64,000 nucleotides of DNA, taken from assembly GCA_016298185.1 (NCBI GenBank), contig JAEDDA010000001.1, positions 15,974 to 79,973 of the forward strand, in the 5' to 3' direction. A program made the translations under genes and the position numbers. Below the pieces are notes generated by a model, which was not told where the DNA came from, ran no database searches, and worked only from the letters and a program-made list of their open reading frames with translations. This DNA comes from Bacilli bacterium. GTDB taxonomy: Bacteria > Bacillota_I > Bacilli_A > RFN20 > CAG-826. Below, in pieces: positions 59,142 through 64,000 of the stretch (its first letter is position 1; each line of letters begins with the position of its first letter).

Positions 59142-61481
59142 TTACTTATCAAAGAATTTTAAAAGATTTTCTTCCACTTCATCCGCGGAAAGTACCACTT
59201 CATAATTCTTCCATTCCGCTCTGTATAAGTCCTGATATTGTCTAGACATGTAGCGTTCATCAATGAGTAAAACCGCACCACGGTCTTTCTCGCTTCTAAT
59301 GACTCTACCGACAGCTTGCATCACTTTATTCATTCCAGGATATAGATAGGCATAGTCTCTTCCTGGAAGGTCTTTATTATTATAAAATTCGCTAATTTGA
59401 TCGCTTTCAAAGTTGATTCGAGGCATACCTATGCCAATAATCACCGCACCGATTAAACGGTCGCTAACAAGGTCAATTCCTTCGCTAAATGCACCACCTA
59501 TAACTAAGAATCCCAATGTGGTTTTTCCTGGATTTGGTTGGAAGTTAAGTAAGAATTCTCTTCTTTCTTCCTCACTCATATCTTTTGTTTGAACAAAATA
59601 GTTATAGTCTTTTAAATCTAAGTAAAGCAAAAGATTTTCCATATATTCATAACTAGGTGAATAGATGAAATAATTGCCAACTTTGTTTTTAACAAACTTC
59701 TTAATATAATTAGCGACTTCTTGATAAGTCTTTTCTCTATTTCTCCATTTTACAGACACCTTTGGTGCTACGAGTAAACGAAGATTATCTATTGGGAATG
59801 GAGAAGGAAGAATAAGATGTGGATCGCTACTTTTTTCTCCACCTAATGTATCAATGTAATATTCGATTGGTTGTAAAGTCGCAGAGAAAAATACCGCACC
59901 TTTGATATTGCGCAATGTTCTCGCTAAGAAAGAAGAAGCATCCAAACACATCATGCGAATGTTCATCGTATCTGCAAGAATATCTAAATATAACTTATAT
60001 TTATCTCCATAGAAATCACTGATTTTCACAAACTCATTTACTTCTAAATAGAAGTCTAATAACTCATCAGTCATTTCTTTATGTTCATTTTTATTAATGT
60101 CCTGACAAGTATTAACGAGATACACTAACGGGTCTTCGATTTCCGCTGGGTAATGGTCGAGGATATATTGTCCTGGCTCTTTACCTTCCATTAACTCTTT
60201 AAACATTTTGTTTAATTTCGTAAAAGCGCGTTTAATTTTAAGATGTTTACTATGTCTCATCGACTTTTTCGCCGCTAAGAAAGATTCATAGGAAACAAAA
60301 CTAGAATACATGTCTCTAGAACGATCCACTAAGTTATGGGCTTCATCCACTAACGCTAAATGATGAGAGGCATCTTCATCGAAGTATCTCTTCATATATG
60401 AAATTGGATCAAACATGTAGTTATAATCGCAAATAATGACATCGCAGAATAAAGATAAATCGAGTTCGAATTCAAAAGGACATATTTCATTTTCTCTAGC
60501 GATTAATGCGATAGTATCAGGGTCAAATGTCGAATAATTACTCAAAGAGTAACTTAGAACAGTTTGTATTTTATTATAATAACCACGAGCAAATGGACAT
60601 TCATCTGGATTACAGGCTTTACCTTTACAGAAGCATACCTTATCTTTCGCTGTGATGACTATGTCATTTAAGATAAGTCCTTCTTCTTTCAAGATTTCAA
60701 TTGCGTTATATGCTGCCTCTTTACCAGGAGTCTTTGCGGTTAAATAGAATATTTTACTTTGTTCATCTTCAGTAAGAACTTTGATAAACGGAAAGATTGT
60801 GGACATCGTTTTTCCAATACCTGTTGGTGCTTCACAATAGAAGCGTCCACCATTCTTACCAATTGCATAGCAGTATTTGGCTAATTCACGCTGTCCTTTG
60901 CGGTATTTAGAGAAGGGGAATGATAATCTCTTAATCGATTCGTTTTTCTTCTCAAAGTGTCTAAAAAGAATGTTGTAGAAATCGAGATAGTCTTCAATTA
61001 AAGAATAGACATATTGTTCTAACTCACTTGCATAGCAAAAGTGTTCCTCAATACGTTTATCTTTCTCTTTGCCTTGTTTAATATATGTAAGTCTAATTGT
61101 GATTGTTTCTAAATGCTGTTCTAACGCGAATAAGTAGGCATAACATTTAGCTTGGCCTAAATGCCATTCAATATTCTCATCGCGGAATACTTGTAAGTCT
61201 TCCACAGTTGACTTAATTTCATCAATGATGAATTCTCCGTTTTTCTTCTTGATAATGCCATCTGCACGACCATGGAGAATGACTTCCACACCGCTGACGA
61301 CAAACATATTGCGGAGTGGATATTCACTCATGTAATTGCTGCCTTGTTGAGCTTGATAGGCACTATGGATACGAGAACCTTCTGTCATCGAACTACGATT
61401 AAAAACACGGTTATCAATATCACCGGTTCTAAGTAAAAAATCGACTAGTTGATGGACGGATAAATCTAGTGTTCTCTCCAT
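59142..61481 (-). CDS. XPD/DinG-family (Rad3-related) Fe-S helicase with an N-terminal PD-(D/E)xK (RecB/Cas4-like) nuclease domain
   Basis: N-terminus: hGRADGII (D), DEIKST (ExK), QAKCYAYL (QxxxY). Then PTGIGKT (Walker A), four-Cys cluster CFCKGKACNPDECPF, LVDEAHNL (DEAH), QAVGRVIR (motif VI). 779 aa. Confidence 0.7.
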   Translation of the reverse strand: MERTLDLSVHQLVDFLLRTGDIDNRVFNRSSMTEGSRIHSAYQAQQGSNYMSEYPLRNMFVVSGVEVILHGRADGIIKKKNGEFIIDEIKSTVEDLQVFRDENIEWHLGQAKCYAYLFALEQHLETITIRLTYIKQGKEKDKRIEEHFCYASELEQYVYSLIEDYLDFYNILFRHFEKKNESIKRLSFPFSKYRKGQRELAKYCYAIGKNGGRFYCEAPTGIGKTMSTIFPFIKVLTEDEQSKIFYLTAKTPGKEAAYNAIEILKEEGLILNDIVITAKDKVCFCKGKACNPDECPFARGYYNKIQTVLSYSLSNYSTFDPDTIALIARENEICPFEFELDLSLFCDVIICDYNYMFDPISYMKRYFDEDASHHLALVDEAHNLVDRSRDMYSSFVSYESFLAAKKSMRHSKHLKIKRAFTKLNKMFKELMEGKEPGQYILDHYPAEIEDPLVYLVNTCQDINKNEHKEMTDELLDFYLEVNEFVKISDFYGDKYKLYLDILADTMNIRMMCLDASSFLARTLRNIKGAVFFSATLQPIEYYIDTLGGEKSSDPHLILPSPFPIDNLRLLVAPKVSVKWRNREKTYQEVANYIKKFVKNKVGNYFIYSPSYEYMENLLLYLDLKDYNYFVQTKDMSEEERREFLLNFQPNPGKTTLGFLVIGGAFSEGIDLVSDRLIGAVIIGIGMPRINFESDQISEFYNNKDLPGRDYAYLYPGMNKVMQAVGRVIRSEKDRGAVLLIDERYMSRQYQDLYRAEWKNYEVVLSADEVEENLLKFFDK

Positions 61482-61509
61482 AGTAATATTTAAGAAAAGA
61501 CTAGATTAA

Positions 61510-62448
61510 CTAGTCTAATTTCTTTCCTAATAATCCTTGGTTGCCATTTAAGAAGGACTTATAATCCATTCTATTTTTGCCTTCTTTTTGTACTTCTAAT
61601 AAGGCTAATTGGCCACCATTAAGCTGCACGACAAATCCTTTTTTATTGGCTTCGATGATAGTCCCCACTTCTGCGGTTACTTCGTTATTTAAGATTTGTG
61701 ATTTATAAACTTTAAGTTTCTTACCATCTAAATAGAAATATGCACCTGGATGATCGGATAAGCCCCTAATCCATCCGTGAATTTCATTGATATTTAGATT
61801 TAAATCTAACTTTTCTTGTTCAGGCTTAATTGTGGGGCAGAAGGTAACAAGAGATTCGTCTTGTTCTTCGCCAGGAAGATTGCCTTTTGCGTAAGCTTCG
61901 ATGTTTTCGCTTGCGAGTTCAATCGCGGCTTGAGCCATCTTTTTAAATAAAGAAGTTGCGTTATCATCATCTTCAATAACGACTTCTTTCTTCGCATACA
62001 TCTTGCCTGCATCCATCGCTGCCACCATTTCCATTAATGTCATACCAGTGACTTTTTCACCGTTAATTAAGGCATATTGGATAGGTGCTGCACCACGATA
62101 TTTGGGTAGTAATGAACCATGAAGGTTCACACATCCAACCGTTGGAATATCGAGTAGTCCTTGTGGAACGATTTGGCCGTACGCTAATGTGATAATCACA
62201 TCTGGTTTTAAATCTTTGACAAATTCATATTCCTTACGAATTTTAACAGGTTGAAAAACAGGGATGCCGTATTTTTCGGCAACAACTTTAGTTGGAACTT
62301 TTTCTAATTCACCTTTTCTACCTACTGGACGATCAGGTTGAGCGATAAGACCCACAAAATTTAAACCCTTATTTATAAGCGCCTCAAATACTGTCGCGCT
62401 TATTTCTGGGGTCCCCATAAAGATATAACGTGTGACTTTTTCTTCCAT
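61510..62448 (-). CDS. fmt: Methionyl-tRNA formyltransferase
   Basis: N-terminal formyltransferase fold (IFMGTPE, HGSLLPKYRG) plus C-terminal domain. 312 aa. Confidence 0.85.
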   Translation of the reverse strand: MEEKVTRYIFMGTPEISATVFEALINKGLNFVGLIAQPDRPVGRKGELEKVPTKVVAEKYGIPVFQPVKIRKEYEFVKDLKPDVIITLAYGQIVPQGLLDIPTVGCVNLHGSLLPKYRGAAPIQYALINGEKVTGMTLMEMVAAMDAGKMYAKKEVVIEDDDNATSLFKKMAQAAIELASENIEAYAKGNLPGEEQDESLVTFCPTIKPEQEKLDLNLNINEIHGWIRGLSDHPGAYFYLDGKKLKVYKSQILNNEVTAEVGTIIEANKKGFVVQLNGGQLALLEVQKEGKNRMDYKSFLNGNQGLLGKKLD

Positions 62449-62503
62449 TGCTATTTAATTATATGTTGTTTTTCTATTTGTTCAAATAATATATTATTTA
62501 ACT

Positions 62504-62959
62504 ATGAAAATTCTTTTAGTAAGTGATTCTCACGGCAATAACGAAGCAATCAATATGCTTCTCAAACAATATCCAAAAATGGATTTATATCTCCACTGTG
62601 GAGATTCAGAAAGTGATGAGTTTTCCTTATATCCCTATCGCGCGGTTAAAGGCAATTGCGATTACGCATATAATTTTCCTGAGTATTTGGTCGTACCCAC
62701 ACCATACGGGAACATGTTCGTACAGCATAAGCCACATCCGAACGCGGATTTATTACGCAGTAATCACATAAAAATATTTGCATATGGCCACACACATGTT
62801 AGAAAATATAGCGAAGAGTTAGGGATTATTTTTATCAACCCTGGCGCTATATCATTCGCACGAGATAAGTATGATGGCTCGTACGCGATAGTTACTATTA
62901 CGGAGAAGAAAGTAGAAGTCGAATTCCACACCCTCGAGGAATCGATTTCTAAGGTATAG
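62504..62959 (+). CDS. YfcE/MJ0936-family metallophosphoesterase
   Basis: LVSDSHGN, GD, GNCD, GHTH motifs. 151 aa. Confidence 0.75.
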   Translation: MKILLVSDSHGNNEAINMLLKQYPKMDLYLHCGDSESDEFSLYPYRAVKGNCDYAYNFPEYLVVPTPYGNMFVQHKPHPNADLLRSNHIKIFAYGHTHVRKYSEELGIIFINPGAISFARDKYDGSYAIVTITEKKVEVEFHTLEESISKV

Positions 62960-62993
62960 ATAGAATTGTTAAAAAGTTGAAAGGTAAAAAAAT

Positions 62994-64000
62994 ATGGCAA
63001 CAAAATTCGAAAAAGTGACAGAATTCATCACTGTCGCTGCTCAATTATTGAGCACATCAAAGAGAATGGAAGATATTTTCCATTCCACAATGAAGAGAAA
63101 TGAAAAGAAGATCGCCGTTGAATACATCAATCACAAAGGTAAGATTAAACACTACCGCTACAGCAAACTTCGTTCACACGCTTATGAATTAGCGAGCGTC
63201 TTATCTCAATACTTAATTCAACAACCAAAGAATGTTCCAATCATTTTAAAGTGTGCAAACTCTCCACACTGGTGCGAAATCTTCTGGGCAATCTTAATGT
63301 GTGGTTATAAACCACTCCTTATCGATGCTAGAACTTCTAAAGAAGGCGCTATCCACGTCGCAGAAATGAGCAAAGCTTTAGCGATTATTACTGACGATAA
63401 CAATCAATATCCAATCACAAAGATTTCCTTATCTGATTTATTAGAAGAAAAACATCACTATTCCTTTTCACCAACATGGGAAAACGAAGTTATCTTCTCT
63501 TCCAGTGGTACAACAGGTGATGTTAAATTAATGGTTTTCAATGGTGAAAACTTATGTAACCAAATCTGCTGTTCATTAGAAATGGGTAAAGAAACAATGG
63601 ATCTTATGTACCCAGATAAGATGGGTAAATTAAAGATCTTAGCAATGATTCCGTTCCATCACATCTTTGGTTTCGTCGCTGTCTTCTTATGGTTCTCATT
63701 TTATGGTAAAACTATTGTCTTCCCAGCAAGTAACACACCAAGTGATATTCAATATATCTGTCAAAAATGTGGCGTCACACACGTCTTTAGTGTTCCACTA
63801 TTCTGGGATTCTTTAGCCTTAGGCGTTTCCCGTAAAGCAGAAATGGAAGGCCCACAAAAAGCCGCTTTATTAGATAAGATGATTGGTTTCAATACTGGTA
63901 AAATCACAAAAGAAGAAGCCGGCATTGCCGCAACTAAAGTCGCACGTGATACAGTCCAAAAGAAATTATTAGGTAATAAAGTTCGTTACTGCATTTCTGG
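62994..64000 (+). CDS. AMP-binding (adenylate-forming) enzyme, acyl-CoA synthetase-like. 3' end outside window.
   Basis: ATG 62994 with AAAGG RBS. Open to window end. SSGTTGDVK (A3-like TSGTTG) motif. Confidence 0.6.
   Translation, partial: MATKFEKVTEFITVAAQLLSTSKRMEDIFHSTMKRNEKKIAVEYINHKGKIKHYRYSKLRSHAYELASVLSQYLIQQPKNVPIILKCANSPHWCEIFWAILMCGYKPLLIDARTSKEGAIHVAEMSKALAIITDDNNQYPITKISLSDLLEEKHHYSFSPTWENEVIFSSSGTTGDVKLMVFNGENLCNQICCSLEMGKETMDLMYPDKMGKLKILAMIPFHHIFGFVAVFLWFSFYGKTIVFPASNTPSDIQYICQKCGVTHVFSVPLFWDSLALGVSRKAEMEGPQKAALLDKMIGFNTGKITKEEAGIAATKVARDTVQKKLLGNKVRYCIS

Overview
AT-rich (~35% GC) chromosomal segment that uses the standard genetic code (TGG Trp, TAA/TAG/TGA stops). It looks like a low-GC Firmicute-type genome, possibly Erysipelotrichia or Bacilli-like; that guess rests only on gene content and order. 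Nearly the whole window is housekeeping genes in blocks whose order matches well-known Bacillus subtilis clusters. The window is densely coding with short intergenic spacers. I see no rRNA, tRNA, CRISPR array, IS element or prophage.

Conserved blocks, in order:
- ruvB(partial)–secDF–recJ–[two ABC exporter genes]–rel–hisS–aspS–tkt
- Asp23 family–membrane protein–nusB–xseA–xseB–dxs–dinB–xerD–deoB
- yqeG–yqeH–yhbY–nadD/yqeK (minus strand)
- parC–parE (minus) / plsY–yneF–efp
- MBL hydrolase–rpmG / ispG–nfo–ispH
- yqfO–trmK–sigA–dnaG–glyQS–recO–era–cdd–ybeY
- dnaJ–dnaK–grpE–hrcA with tandem CIRCE operators
- RDD–hemW–[two unknown genes]–lepA–[nuclease-helicase]–fmt, then a metallophosphoesterase and a partial AMP-binding enzyme

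Less ordinary content, all weakly supported:
- A MazF/PemK-fold gene whose codon usage is visibly more GC-rich than the host, isolated between terminators.
- A C39-peptidase/transmembrane protein that lacks an ABC ATPase domain.
- An XPD/DinG-like Fe-S helicase fused to an N-terminal PD-(D/E)xK nuclease domain.
- A two-gene insertion between lepA and hemW (unknown 503-aa protein with a Pro-rich linker and C-terminal wHTH, plus a small acidic membrane protein).
- A dispersed AT-rich TTAGTA-type short repeat family sitting at gene ends.
- Dual CIRCE operators at hrcA.
- A Cys/His-rich tail on HisRS.
- An EF-P with a non-canonical modification loop.
- An rpmG gene missed by the ORF track.
- An apparently leaderless ispG.

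No single spectacular novel system is evident.
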